Source: a virus (lineage: Duplodnaviria > Caudoviricetes). From it: a stretch of 52,293 nucleotides of DNA. The position numbers and the translations under genes were made by a program. Below, one piece after another: positions 9,034 to 17,338 of this stretch; the stretch's first letter is position 1, and each line of letters opens with the position of its first letter. Location: the IMG/VR virus record IMGVR_UViG_3300020044_009895, positions 1 through 52,293 of that record; one strand, 5' to 3'. The notes beneath the pieces are model-generated. The model was given only the letters and a program-made list of their open reading frames with translations, made no database searches and was not told where the DNA came from.

Positions 9034-9317
9034 TCCAGCGCCATGTCGGTGATCTGGAAGTTGACGCTGGTCTGCTCGTAGGCTTCTTTGCCAGTTGCAG
9101 CGCTTTGGCTAACCATGGTCACGCACACCTTGACGGTCATGGTCATCTCGGTCCCGACCTTCGGCAGGTCGGTAATGCCCAGCTTGTCCAGTTCGTCCTT
9201 GTCCATGTGGATGCACAGGCCGTAGGGGTAGTCTGGCGCCATGGCTTCCATGGGAGCGTGTTCGCCAGCATCCTCCCGCTTGTCCTCGGGGGTGCGCTTC
9301 ATGCTGATCATCTTCAT
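9030..9317 (-). CDS. Capsid staple/cement protein (epsilon15 gp10-like)
   Basis: YPYGLCIHMD..ELDKLG...LPKVG...FQITDMAL resembles epsilon15 gp10 YPWGLRITLD...LPAVG...LQITDIGL (recalled from memory). Confidence 0.7.
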   Translation of the reverse strand: MKMISMKRTPEDKREDAGEHAPMEAMAPDYPYGLCIHMDKDELDKLGITDLPKVGTEMTMTVKVCVTMVSQSAATGKEAYEQTSVNFQITDMALE

Positions 9318-9355
9318 GGTGTTCTCCTTGGGTTGGGGTAGTGTATTCCGAATGG

Positions 9356-9730
9356 CTAAGCTTTTGCCACACCCTTTGCGGCTTTTGCTGCCTTGGCACC
9401 CTGCGCCAGCACAAAGGCTACCCTGCGCGCCTTCTCAATCCGGCTGGTTTCGTCCTGCACCACTATCTCAATCTCCGAACTCCCAGCCTTGTTCACTGCC
9501 TGCAGTTTGGAATGCAGGTATGGGGCAGCGCAGTCGGCCATCTTGTCCCGCCTGGCCTTCTCGAAGCGTTTTTCATCCTCGCTCAAGTTCTTGGGGATGG
9601 GTGCGCGCATGACCTTGAGCATGTAATCCAAGGGCAAAATACCGCCTTTGATCGCCCTGACGCGCTGCGCCACTGACTTCTTGTTCGGCGTTCCTTTCTG
9701 CCGGCCGCCTGTCTTTGGTCTGGTTGCCAT
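9356..9730 (-). CDS. Terminase small subunit (putative)
   Basis: N-terminal KTGGRQKGTPNK and AAPYLHSKL motifs. Confidence 0.7.
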   Translation of the reverse strand: MATRPKTGGRQKGTPNKKSVAQRVRAIKGGILPLDYMLKVMRAPIPKNLSEDEKRFEKARRDKMADCAAPYLHSKLQAVNKAGSSEIEIVVQDETSRIEKARRVAFVLAQGAKAAKAAKGVAKA

Positions 9731-9756
9731 AAATTTTCTACTTTAGAACCAGTAAG

Positions 9757-10221
9757 TTACCCTATTTTGCCCAGTTCCTTGGCCATCAGGCTGCACAAGT
9801 CGCACAGGTCCAGGATGGTGCTGTTGCTGATGGTCTGGGTGCTCAGGTCGGCCTTGGCCTGCTCAATCACACCTCGGGATTGTTGCACTGCAGTACGCAG
9901 CTTTTGGGCGGCTTCCTTCTTGTCCTGGTCCTTTTCGGTCGATTCGGACTGGATGATGGCATTGCCGGTGGCAGCATCTTCCATCCTGACCACTGTATAA
10001 CCATGTCTGGCTTCGATGATCAGCTTGGGCTTTTGCTCGTTGTAGTCCAGGCTCTTGCGGAAGGCTTCCACCTGCTCATCCGCAATGACCATGGCGAAGT
10101 TGTCCAGGCTGTTGCGGATGCACCACAGCATGGCGGTGATGATGACGGCGTGCGGCTGGTTGGTCAGCATCTTGGCGGTGTCGGTTGGTTCTTTCGGTTT
10201 GGGTGCGACTACTGCGTTCAT
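9757..10221 (-). CDS. Hypothetical protein
   Basis: 154 aa with GAGGAGAGG SD, in the operon directly after pseI. Confidence 0.6.
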   Translation of the reverse strand: MNAVVAPKPKEPTDTAKMLTNQPHAVIITAMLWCIRNSLDNFAMVIADEQVEAFRKSLDYNEQKPKLIIEARHGYTVVRMEDAATGNAIIQSESTEKDQDKKEAAQKLRTAVQQSRGVIEQAKADLSTQTISNSTILDLCDLCSLMAKELGKIG

Positions 10222-10231
10222 GGGCCTCTCC

Positions 10232-11242
10232 TCATGTGATGCAATTGGCGGTCAGCGGGGTGCCGGCCGGGGTTTCCTTGGCAATCGTCCTGCCTATGTA
10301 GTTGCCAATGGTGTATGGGTCTGCCCCCTGGTTCGGCCGGCTGGTCACAATGTCCTGTTCCTGCAGGGTTTCGCCTGGTTTCATGTCGCGCCTGATGTAC
10401 AGGCTACGCCTCAGTTCAGTGTTTTCGCTGGCTGTTGGGCCGTAGGATACGCTCCCAATGGCCTTTGCTGCAATACGGCAATCCTCTGCCATTCGCTTGA
10501 ACTCGTGTGGTTCCATGCTGAATTCGGCGTCTGGTCCACCCATGGAGCGGTCCAGGATGAAGTGTTTCTCGATCACGGTGGCGCCCAAGGCTACTGCTGC
10601 AACGGCCACTGCCGATCCCAGCGTGTGGTCTGACAGGCCTACATTCCACTTGACGGTGCTCAGCGTCAGCCATTCCTTCATGTCTGCTATGGTGGCCAGG
10701 TTGGCATCCTCGGGGCTGGCTGGGTAGGCGCTGGTGCACTTGAGCATGGTCAGGTCCCTGCATCCCGATCCAATGGCTTTGGTTGCGGCCATCTTGGCTT
10801 CGTTATCGGTCGCCATGCCGGTGCTCATGATCATCGGCTTGCGGGTTTTGGCAATGGCTTCGATCAGCCGGATGTCGGTGAGCTCGAAGCTGGCTACCTT
10901 GTACATGGGGCAGTCCAGCGTTTCAAGGAATTCGAGGCTTGGCAGGTCGAATGGGGTGCTGAATGGCATCAGGTTCCAGCGCCATGCCTCGTCGAACAGG
11001 CGGCTGTGCCAGTTCCATGGGGTCCATGCGGTGTCGTACAGGTCGGCAAGGTTCTGCCCAGCCCACTTGCCGGTTTTGATGGTGTAGTTCTTGGCAACGC
11101 ACATCAGGTCTGGTGACCAGGTCTGGAACTTCACGGCGTCTGCACCGGCCATTGCCGCGGCTTCAATGGTCTTGAGTGCGGTTTCCAGGCTGCCGTTGTG
11201 GTTCGCGCTCAGCTCACAAACCATAAATGGGGGCTTTGTCAT
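10232..11242 (-). CDS. pseI: Pseudaminic acid synthase (NeuB family with C-terminal SAF domain)
   Basis: ELSANHNGS, ADAVKFQT, FSTPFD, YKVASFE, STGMA, KCTSAYPA, GLSDHTLG, VIEKHF, RRSLY. Confidence 0.88.
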   Translation of the reverse strand: MTKPPFMVCELSANHNGSLETALKTIEAAAMAGADAVKFQTWSPDLMCVAKNYTIKTGKWAGQNLADLYDTAWTPWNWHSRLFDEAWRWNLMPFSTPFDLPSLEFLETLDCPMYKVASFELTDIRLIEAIAKTRKPMIMSTGMATDNEAKMAATKAIGSGCRDLTMLKCTSAYPASPEDANLATIADMKEWLTLSTVKWNVGLSDHTLGSAVAVAAVALGATVIEKHFILDRSMGGPDAEFSMEPHEFKRMAEDCRIAAKAIGSVSYGPTASENTELRRSLYIRRDMKPGETLQEQDIVTSRPNQGADPYTIGNYIGRTIAKETPAGTPLTANCIT

Positions 11243-11697
11243 AACACTGCGGCCTTTCTTTCCCGACGATTAGCCTCATTTTTGGCTCTGCATATACGGC
11301 AGTTGCGCTTGGTTCCGTAAACGTAAGTATTCGCTTCATCGAACACATGGCCATTTTTACAATGTGTTTTGTTCCTTTGCCACCCTTTGGATGCCACTTT
11401 TGCCCGCCCTTTTTGTTTGGCATCCATATTGTTGTCTTGGATTGTCCCGAGGAATAGGTGGTCGGGCCGGACACACGATGGATTGTCGCAGCGATGCAAA
11501 ACGCACAACCCTTCAGGTATTTCACCGAAGTGTATCTGCCATGATGCCCGATGGCTTGATATTTGGGGGGCATTTCTATAAAGCCTAATACTCCCATATC
11601 CAAAATACATCTTGCGGCCAGTCCATTCCCAGCACCCATCCGATTTGTTGACGCGTGCCCAAAAAAACTCTGACAGTGTTTTTCTTGGTTTAGGCAT
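11239..11697 (-). CDS. HNH homing endonuclease
   Basis: CWEWTG, VLHRCDNPSCVRPDHLFLGT and THCKNGH motifs; AT-richer than flanks. Confidence 0.85.
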   Translation of the reverse strand: MPKPRKTLSEFFWARVNKSDGCWEWTGRKMYFGYGSIRLYRNAPQISSHRASWQIHFGEIPEGLCVLHRCDNPSCVRPDHLFLGTIQDNNMDAKQKGRAKVASKGWQRNKTHCKNGHVFDEANTYVYGTKRNCRICRAKNEANRRERKAAVL

Positions 11698-12109
11698 TTG
11701 GCTTGAGCCTGTAAGTGTACTGGATCAGTTCGCCACCCAGCTTCTGGAACAGGTGGTGGCTCGGGCCGTTGGTCGGCGCCACGTTGGCCAGGTATTCCGT
11801 CCTTGGGTGCTTGTCCATCACCGCTTTGATGCCGGCCATGGCGTAGCCTTTCTGGTGCTGGCTCTTGAATATGGCAACGCCAATCTCGCCCTTCTTCGTG
11901 ATGTATACGGATCCGACTGTCACCCCTTCGTCTTGTATCAAGTACCAGCCAAGGTGGTCGTGGTGCTCCACATGGCTTTGGTGGTCGGTCCATTCAGGCA
12001 GGTGGCCACCATGGCTAATGTTGGCTTCGGGTGGGCGCTCCTCGAGCAAGTCCCACAATACCTTGAGTGCGTCACTGTTCTGGCGCACGTCCTGCAGCGT
12101 TACTGGCAT
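11690..12109 (-). CDS. GNAT N-acetyltransferase (PseH-like role)
   Basis: EIGVAIFKSQHQKGYA and N..SHHLFQKLG acetyl-CoA motifs; lies inside the pse cluster. Confidence 0.75.
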   Translation of the reverse strand: MPVTLQDVRQNSDALKVLWDLLEERPPEANISHGGHLPEWTDHQSHVEHHDHLGWYLIQDEGVTVGSVYITKKGEIGVAIFKSQHQKGYAMAGIKAVMDKHPRTEYLANVAPTNGPSHHLFQKLGGELIQYTYRLKPNA

Positions 12110-12118
12110 GTCCTCTCC

Positions 12119-12859
12119 TCAGAGTCGTGTTTCTATGCCGTGCTCGGCCAAGTATAGGGCGGCTCCGCGTGGCGTGCAATCGGTGAATTGGAACAGGGCG
12201 CCGGCTGCGATTGCGCTGGCCCCAGCCTTTATGGCGTTCAGCATGTCCTGGTATCCAGAGCAGCCACCGTGTGCAATTACGGGGATGGGTACCGCGTCCG
12301 ATACCGCCTTGATGGTTTCCAGGTCGTAGCCTGTCATGGTGCCTTCCCGGTCTATGCTGGTTAGGATGATCTCACCTGCTCCCGCACTTGCCAAATGCTT
12401 GGCGTATTCCACTGGTGTTGCTGTGCCGCGTATTTTGGCGTGCCTGACGGTCATGGTTCCGTTGATCCACTCATAGTCCAGCGCGGCTGCGACTGCCTGG
12501 CACCCGTACATGGCGGCTATGTCGCTGATCAGGCCTGCCCCTGCGGCTCCAATGCACACCTTGTCGGCGCCGTTGTTCAGGCACACCTTGACGTCCTGGA
12601 GGCTGTCAATCCCTCCGCCGATCGTCAACGGCATGAAGCACTCGTCGGCGTACTTGCGGATATCGGCTGGATCCGGCCGGCGCTTCTGGGCTGTGGCGGT
12701 TATGTCCAGCAAAACCATCTCGTCGACGCCTCGCTGGGCCATGATGCGTACTGCCTGGCGGGCATGGCCTACCGATCGCCAGCCATTGAACTTCTCGCCC
12801 TTGACCAGCTTGTCGCCGTCCCGCAGAAGGGTTGGGATGATGCGCTTGGCCAGCATCAT
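12119..12859 (-). CDS. HisF2/WbuZ-type cyclase-like subunit associated with sugar amidation
   Basis: Start corrected to MMLAKRIIPTLL via ATGA overlap. Motifs VDEMVLLDI, PLTIGGGI, GAGEIILTSIDREGT. RIIPTLL lacks the catalytic Asp of true HisF. Confidence 0.8.
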   Translation of the reverse strand: MMLAKRIIPTLLRDGDKLVKGEKFNGWRSVGHARQAVRIMAQRGVDEMVLLDITATAQKRRPDPADIRKYADECFMPLTIGGGIDSLQDVKVCLNNGADKVCIGAAGAGLISDIAAMYGCQAVAAALDYEWINGTMTVRHAKIRGTATPVEYAKHLASAGAGEIILTSIDREGTMTGYDLETIKAVSDAVPIPVIAHGGCSGYQDMLNAIKAGASAIAAGALFQFTDCTPRGAALYLAEHGIETRL

Positions 12860-13254
12860 TTCTTCCAGCCGAAGTCCATGCTGCCATCCAGCCATACCCA
12901 CAGGTGCCGCATGTTGGCCACGTTCACGACATTGCTGTCTCGCGGGTAGACCTCGGCTGCGTCGTGGTTTCCGTATCCCGCTTCGCGTTTCAGGCGCTGC
13001 AGGTCGTCCCACGTGATGTTTTCTTCCCAACGGCCGTTGTTTCCCATGCTGGTGCGGTTAACCGACAGGCGCAGCATGGTGTTGCTTTCGTAGAAAGCCT
13101 GCACCAGAAATGCTCGTGAGCGCCAGACGCACATGCGATTCGGCTGCTGGGCTTTCAAGTGCTCCCATTCTCCTTTCGGCACTTCTACCAGATGCTCCGG
13201 ATACTTGGCGTTGTCTTTTTCAAGTTGGCGCCGCTGTTCTCTGTTTGGATTCAT
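12856..13254 (-). CDS. Conserved hypothetical phage protein
   Basis: Start MNPNREQRR at 13254 (TGATG overlap); motif ITWDDLQRLK...AEVYP...VVNVANMRHLW. Confidence 0.65.
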   Translation of the reverse strand: MNPNREQRRQLEKDNAKYPEHLVEVPKGEWEHLKAQQPNRMCVWRSRAFLVQAFYESNTMLRLSVNRTSMGNNGRWEENITWDDLQRLKREAGYGNHDAAEVYPRDSNVVNVANMRHLWVWLDGSMDFGWKK

Positions 13255-14372
13255 CACTCGTCCTTCAGCAGGCGCACGGTCTTGTCGTCCACGTGGTCCC
13301 GGGTGAAGATGTCCCAGTTGGTGAACTTGTCCATCAGCGTCCAGATTCTGTCCGGGTCGTAGCCAATCCGCTTCAGCATGTCCTGGTAGCCCACCCGCAT
13401 GTATTCTTCCGGGAACAGGCCGTCGTGGTGCTGTACCCATTCCAAGGCTGTTTCACGTGGAACCTTGCCTTGCCGGATGTCCACGCTGATCTGGGCGCAG
13501 CCCCTGCCGTACCCGTACTTGCGGTACATCATGTAGTCGTGCAGCCCGGTCTGGGCATTGTCTTGGTTTTCGCACAGCCACCAGTTTGCATGGCTGGCTT
13601 GTATGGCCCTCATGCCGTTCTTGGTGGCGATCCTGGCGTTCTGGGCGCTGTCCCATGGCAGGTAGTGGCCAAGGAAGTGGGCCTGGATGTGGCGTTCGGA
13701 TATGGTTCTGGCGTCCGGCGCCTGGTAGTCTTGCATGTCCTGCTTGGTGATTCCGTCATGGCCAATCAGGTCATCCGGCCGCAGGCCAAGGAATCCGCCA
13801 AACTCAGACACCCAGCGGCGCGTCATTTCCCGAGCTTGCTCAGTACCCGGGGGGCCGCCGTACTCGGCTTGGGGGTTTTCCCCGTACATGATCAGGGGTA
13901 TTCCGTAGGCAATGGCGGCTTTGAATGGGGTGGTGAAAATGCTCACGTGTTCCGGCCAGCTGATATCCCCGACCATTTCCAGCCCAGCCTTGTTCAGCTT
14001 CTTGCGGACTTCCGTGTTCGGGCTCACCTCGATGGTCGTGGCGAAGCGCTTCAGGTTGTCAATGTTGGAGCGGCCAATCTCGGTCAGGTGGCAGGTGCTG
14101 GCGGTCACCACCAGTGGTTTCACCCCCAGTTCAATCAGGGTCAGCACCTGGTACGTGCTGTCCTTACCGCCTGAGCTCGGGACAATGCAGTCGTATCCTG
14201 ATCCGTTCTTTGGGGCGCTCTCAAACAGTTCCTCAAGCAGCAGCTTGCGGTTAGACCAATCGATCTCCTTGCGCTTCTCGTAGGTGGTGCAGGCCGAGCA
14301 GACGCCATGCTCGTTGAAGTGAGTGTCGGGCCTGGTGTTGGGTATCAGGCACTTGGTGCAGCGTTTGTACAT
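13254..14372 (-). CDS. N-acetyl sugar amidotransferase (PseA/WbuX family)
   Basis: N-terminal CTKC...CSAC, PP-loop DCIVPSSGGKDS, YGENPQAEYGG, HDYMMYRKYGYGR. Confidence 0.88.
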   Translation of the reverse strand: MYKRCTKCLIPNTRPDTHFNEHGVCSACTTYEKRKEIDWSNRKLLLEELFESAPKNGSGYDCIVPSSGGKDSTYQVLTLIELGVKPLVVTASTCHLTEIGRSNIDNLKRFATTIEVSPNTEVRKKLNKAGLEMVGDISWPEHVSIFTTPFKAAIAYGIPLIMYGENPQAEYGGPPGTEQAREMTRRWVSEFGGFLGLRPDDLIGHDGITKQDMQDYQAPDARTISERHIQAHFLGHYLPWDSAQNARIATKNGMRAIQASHANWWLCENQDNAQTGLHDYMMYRKYGYGRGCAQISVDIRQGKVPRETALEWVQHHDGLFPEEYMRVGYQDMLKRIGYDPDRIWTLMDKFTNWDIFTRDHVDDKTVRLLKDE

Positions 14373-14391
14373 GGCTCCTCCTCAGAAGCGG

Positions 14392-15069
14392 TTAGGTTGA
14401 TTGTTTGAGCAGGTCCGATTCCATGGCTGCAAGGTTTGCCGGGGTTTGTTGAAATACTGGCAGCCCTTGCTTCTCCATCAAAAACCACGTTATGTCTCCT
14501 TGTGGAGCTATCGGGTCGCGGTAGTATACAAAGCCATAGTCGATCAGCTTCAGGTCTTGATATCGGTCCATGATCTGGCCGGCGAAGTCATCCTTCCACA
14601 GCAGGTTGTCCTTGCCGCGGTAGGGGATCATGGTGCGCTTGGGCGAGTAGTATTCTGCCACCATGATCCAGCGCTTGCTGGAGTGGTACAGCAGGTCATA
14701 TACCTGGTTCAAGTCCTGCTTGGGGATGTGGATCAGCACGCCTCTGGTGTACGTCAAGTCAACCTGCGGCATGGGCTTCAGGTCTTGGAGCGGGCTGCAG
14801 ATCATACGCTCGCAGTGCTCGGCAAGGTACAGGCAGGTGTCCTTGTTGATTTCCACCCCTGTACGATGGATTCCAGACCACACTCGCGGAAGAATAGACA
14901 GGTTGGTACCCATCCCTGCCCCAAACTCGATCACTGACTTTGGGTCGAGGTCTGGGTTTGCGTCTTGAATCTTGCGGAACATCACATAGGACGCTGTCGC
15001 ATCGCCAGGGCTCCTGGCTGCGTATTCCTTGCCTTCGTTGCCGGTCCAGTGCTCTTGTTGCTGGTTCAT
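14392..15069 (-). CDS. Pseudaminic acid biosynthesis-associated SAM methyltransferase
   Basis: W.G..GKEY, EFGAGMGTN, GVEIN, RGVLIHI, AEYYSP..IPYRG, DYGFVY.RD...DITWFLMEK. Confidence 0.85.
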   Translation of the reverse strand: MNQQQEHWTGNEGKEYAARSPGDATASYVMFRKIQDANPDLDPKSVIEFGAGMGTNLSILPRVWSGIHRTGVEINKDTCLYLAEHCERMICSPLQDLKPMPQVDLTYTRGVLIHIPKQDLNQVYDLLYHSSKRWIMVAEYYSPKRTMIPYRGKDNLLWKDDFAGQIMDRYQDLKLIDYGFVYYRDPIAPQGDITWFLMEKQGLPVFQQTPANLAAMESDLLKQST

Positions 15070-15662
15070 TTGTGGAGTTCCTCGTACATGGTTAGGGCTT
15101 TGTGCCAGTCGTCCTCGGTGTTGATGTCAATGGCTCGACGAGGGTCAATCTGGATCATCCTGGTGCGGTCGCTTATCAGTGGGGTGCCGTTCAGGAAGGC
15201 ATGGCTTACGCCAAAGTAAAACTGGCCGGGATCCTTCAACCATTCGGCCACCGGTACGCAATACCATGCCCGGTGTGGGTCTTTGTTGTTGACCACCAGT
15301 TCAGCATGCTTCAGGTCCAGCGGGTCCAGCATCGGCGCGCAGGGGTAGATGCAGCAGGTAAAGTCTGGCTTGATCGGCTGGTCGCCACTGTCAAGTACCT
15401 CCAGAGCGTGCTGGATTACCGGCCATGTGGGGGTTTGGTCGTCGGCCAGGTTGGCTGGGCGCTTGAGCACTCTGGCCCGGTACTGCCTGGCTACGGCTGC
15501 CACCTCGTCGCTGTCGGTGCTGACGATGATATGGTCAAAGAGCCCGGACTTCCTGGCGGCTTCAATGCTGTAGGCGATGATGGGCTTGCCGTGGAAGAGC
15601 CGTATGTTTTTCCCTGGAATGCGCCGGCTGCCACCCCTTGCGGGAATAATTGCACAGGTCAC
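15066..15662 (-). CDS. pseF: Pseudaminic acid cytidylyltransferase (NeuA/PseF family)
   Basis: GTG start at 15662 (GTGA overlap); IIPARGGSRRIPGKNI, IVSTDS, CIYPCAP, DPGQFY, DINTEDDW. Confidence 0.82.
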   Translation of the reverse strand: MTCAIIPARGGSRRIPGKNIRLFHGKPIIAYSIEAARKSGLFDHIIVSTDSDEVAAVARQYRARVLKRPANLADDQTPTWPVIQHALEVLDSGDQPIKPDFTCCIYPCAPMLDPLDLKHAELVVNNKDPHRAWYCVPVAEWLKDPGQFYFGVSHAFLNGTPLISDRTRMIQIDPRRAIDINTEDDWHKALTMYEELHK

Positions 15663-16000
15663 AGCACTTCCGCCATCACTTGGTCCACCAGCCTTTCCAC
15701 AATCTCCTGGTTGCTTTTCTTGTCGGCCAGCATGCTGTTGATCATGAGGGCGCACCGCTGGGTAAGTCGTTTGCGTTTCATTTCGATCATCTGGTCGGAC
15801 AGGCTGACCACCAGTTCTCTGGGTTTCCCGTACTTGGCGTAGTAGCTGGTCTTGCCAATGGTGTCAGCAATTTCCAAGGCGGTCTGGGGGTCGTACCGGG
15901 TGAACAGGATGTCGCCGTTGGGCTGGCGCATCTTGATGATCACAAACCCTTGGAGGGCGTCTACCTCCAGGCTGGTGGTGACTTCTTCCACATTGCTCAT
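15659..16000 (-). CDS. Hypothetical protein
   Basis: 113 aa, translationally coupled on both sides. Confidence 0.6.
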   Translation of the reverse strand: MSNVEEVTTSLEVDALQGFVIIKMRQPNGDILFTRYDPQTALEIADTIGKTSYYAKYGKPRELVVSLSDQMIEMKRKRLTQRCALMINSMLADKKSNQEIVERLVDQVMAEVL

Positions 16001-16251
16001 TGCAGGTCACCGTCAATGGATCGGACTGTGCAGCCTGGGGCATCGATCAGCGGGCGCCGGTAGGGCGGGGCTTGCATCCGCAGGGGTTTGATGGGGAAGG
16101 ATGGGCAGATGGTAATGTCTCCCTTGGTCAGTTGCATGCTGCGTCTGGCGTTGATTCTCTGGGCTTCTGCTTCCAGGCGCAGGTTCTTGAGCCTGGTAGC
16201 TTCTGCTGAGGTGCGCCAGTTTCCTTTGCCTTTGATGGTTGTCTTGGTCAT
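15997..16251 (-). CDS. Hypothetical protein
   Basis: 84 aa with ATGA overlaps on both sides. Confidence 0.5.
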   Translation of the reverse strand: MTKTTIKGKGNWRTSAEATRLKNLRLEAEAQRINARRSMQLTKGDITICPSFPIKPLRMQAPPYRRPLIDAPGCTVRSIDGDLQ

Positions 16252-16682
16252 TTGAAACGCTCCAAATAATTTTGAACTAACTCCGCATAATTTTCAAAAG
16301 CAGCTACAGCATTGTTGCATTTTGGGCATAACAAAGCCCTGATTTTTCCTGTCGAGTGACAATGATCAACGGCCAATCTGTATTTGAAGTTGCTTTGGTG
16401 TTTGCCACAAATTGCACAACACTGATTCTGAGCATGAAACATTTCATCCCATTCCTTCTGGGAAAGGCCATATTGCTTTAGATTTAATTCTGCCCGTCTA
16501 TCCTTATTTTTGGCGTAAGACTTCGCACCACGCTCCTTGTTCATTTGCGCCAATTTCTCCCATTTTTCAGGCTGGTTGACTTTCATGTTTTCTACATATT
16601 TTTTTGATCTTTCGCGGGAGCAATGCTTGCACTCTCCATCGGTGTATCTTTCACTTTTCCCGCACCTGATGCATGGCTTCAT
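16248..16682 (-). CDS. Endonuclease VII-domain homing endonuclease
   Basis: Start MKPCIRCGK (ATGA overlap with pseC). YGLS...QNQCCAICG...LAVDHCHSTGKIRALLCPKCN. Strongly AT-rich. Confidence 0.85.
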   Translation of the reverse strand: MKPCIRCGKSERYTDGECKHCSRERSKKYVENMKVNQPEKWEKLAQMNKERGAKSYAKNKDRRAELNLKQYGLSQKEWDEMFHAQNQCCAICGKHQSNFKYRLAVDHCHSTGKIRALLCPKCNNAVAAFENYAELVQNYLERFK

Positions 16683-17338
16683 TTGAATGCCCTGATCAAA
16701 CTTAAATCCGGATAGTCGCTGTTGGTGCCCGGGCCCCAAGGCAGCGGATCGTTGTGCTTGGGCAGCGTTGCCAACCTGACTATGCCGGCTGCTGCCGTTT
16801 CCGGGCTCATGTATGCATGGTGGCCTATGATCAGGTCATGGTCATCTTTGGGTGGTACACCTTCTTTGCGGCCGTCAAACCTTGCACGGCGCAGCCATTC
16901 GTCTGCTTCGGGGTTGTCGTGGAGGATGGCGCCACCCTGCTGGATACCCAAGGTTTTGGACCAGTGAAAGCTGACGCACTGCATGTTGTTTGGCCGGAAC
17001 ATGCGGCTGGTGAAGTACCTTGCGCTGTCCCAAACCGGCAACGGTTCCAACTCGTATTCGCCTTCCCATTGCTCGTCCCTGAACACCGGCCGGCCGCCAG
17101 CGTGGATGATGCTCATGGGTACGCCAACGTAGGTGCGCTTAGGGATGCTGATTGGATCTCTGAAAAGCGTTGGTGAGCCATACTCATCAACGGTCAGGAG
17201 CGGACCAGGGCGAAGATGCCAGGCGCAGGCCAACAGCAGGGCCATCGTGCAGCTGGTGCTGGTTACTGCGTACTTGGCGCCGGTGTAGTTGCAAAGAGCC
17301 TGCTCGAAGTCTCGGACCACCTTGAATGCATCCATCAC
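16679..17338 (-). CDS. Short DegT/DnrJ/EryC1/StrS PLP sugar aminotransferase (PseC-like)
   Basis: FEQAL...GAKYAV..SCTMAL, WDSA, SFHWSK (PLP lysine), GGAI; only 219 aa. Confidence 0.75.
   Translation of the reverse strand: MMDAFKVVRDFEQALCNYTGAKYAVTSTSCTMALLLACAWHLRPGPLLTVDEYGSPTLFRDPISIPKRTYVGVPMSIIHAGGRPVFRDEQWEGEYELEPLPVWDSARYFTSRMFRPNNMQCVSFHWSKTLGIQQGGAILHDNPEADEWLRRARFDGRKEGVPPKDDHDLIIGHHAYMSPETAAAGIVRLATLPKHNDPLPWGPGTNSDYPDLSLIRAFK

Noticed and set aside
10232-11242. Sialic acid (NeuB) or legionaminic acid synthase
   Set aside because: ELSANHNGS, the PseB-type dehydratase and the Pse-associated methylase point to Pse, and there is no NeuC/LegG epimerase. The exact stereoisomer remains unproven.
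12119-12859. hisF as a histidine-biosynthesis auxiliary gene
   Set aside because: It lacks the N-terminal catalytic Asp and lies next to a WbuX/PseA amidotransferase, so it fits the sugar-amidation paralogue.
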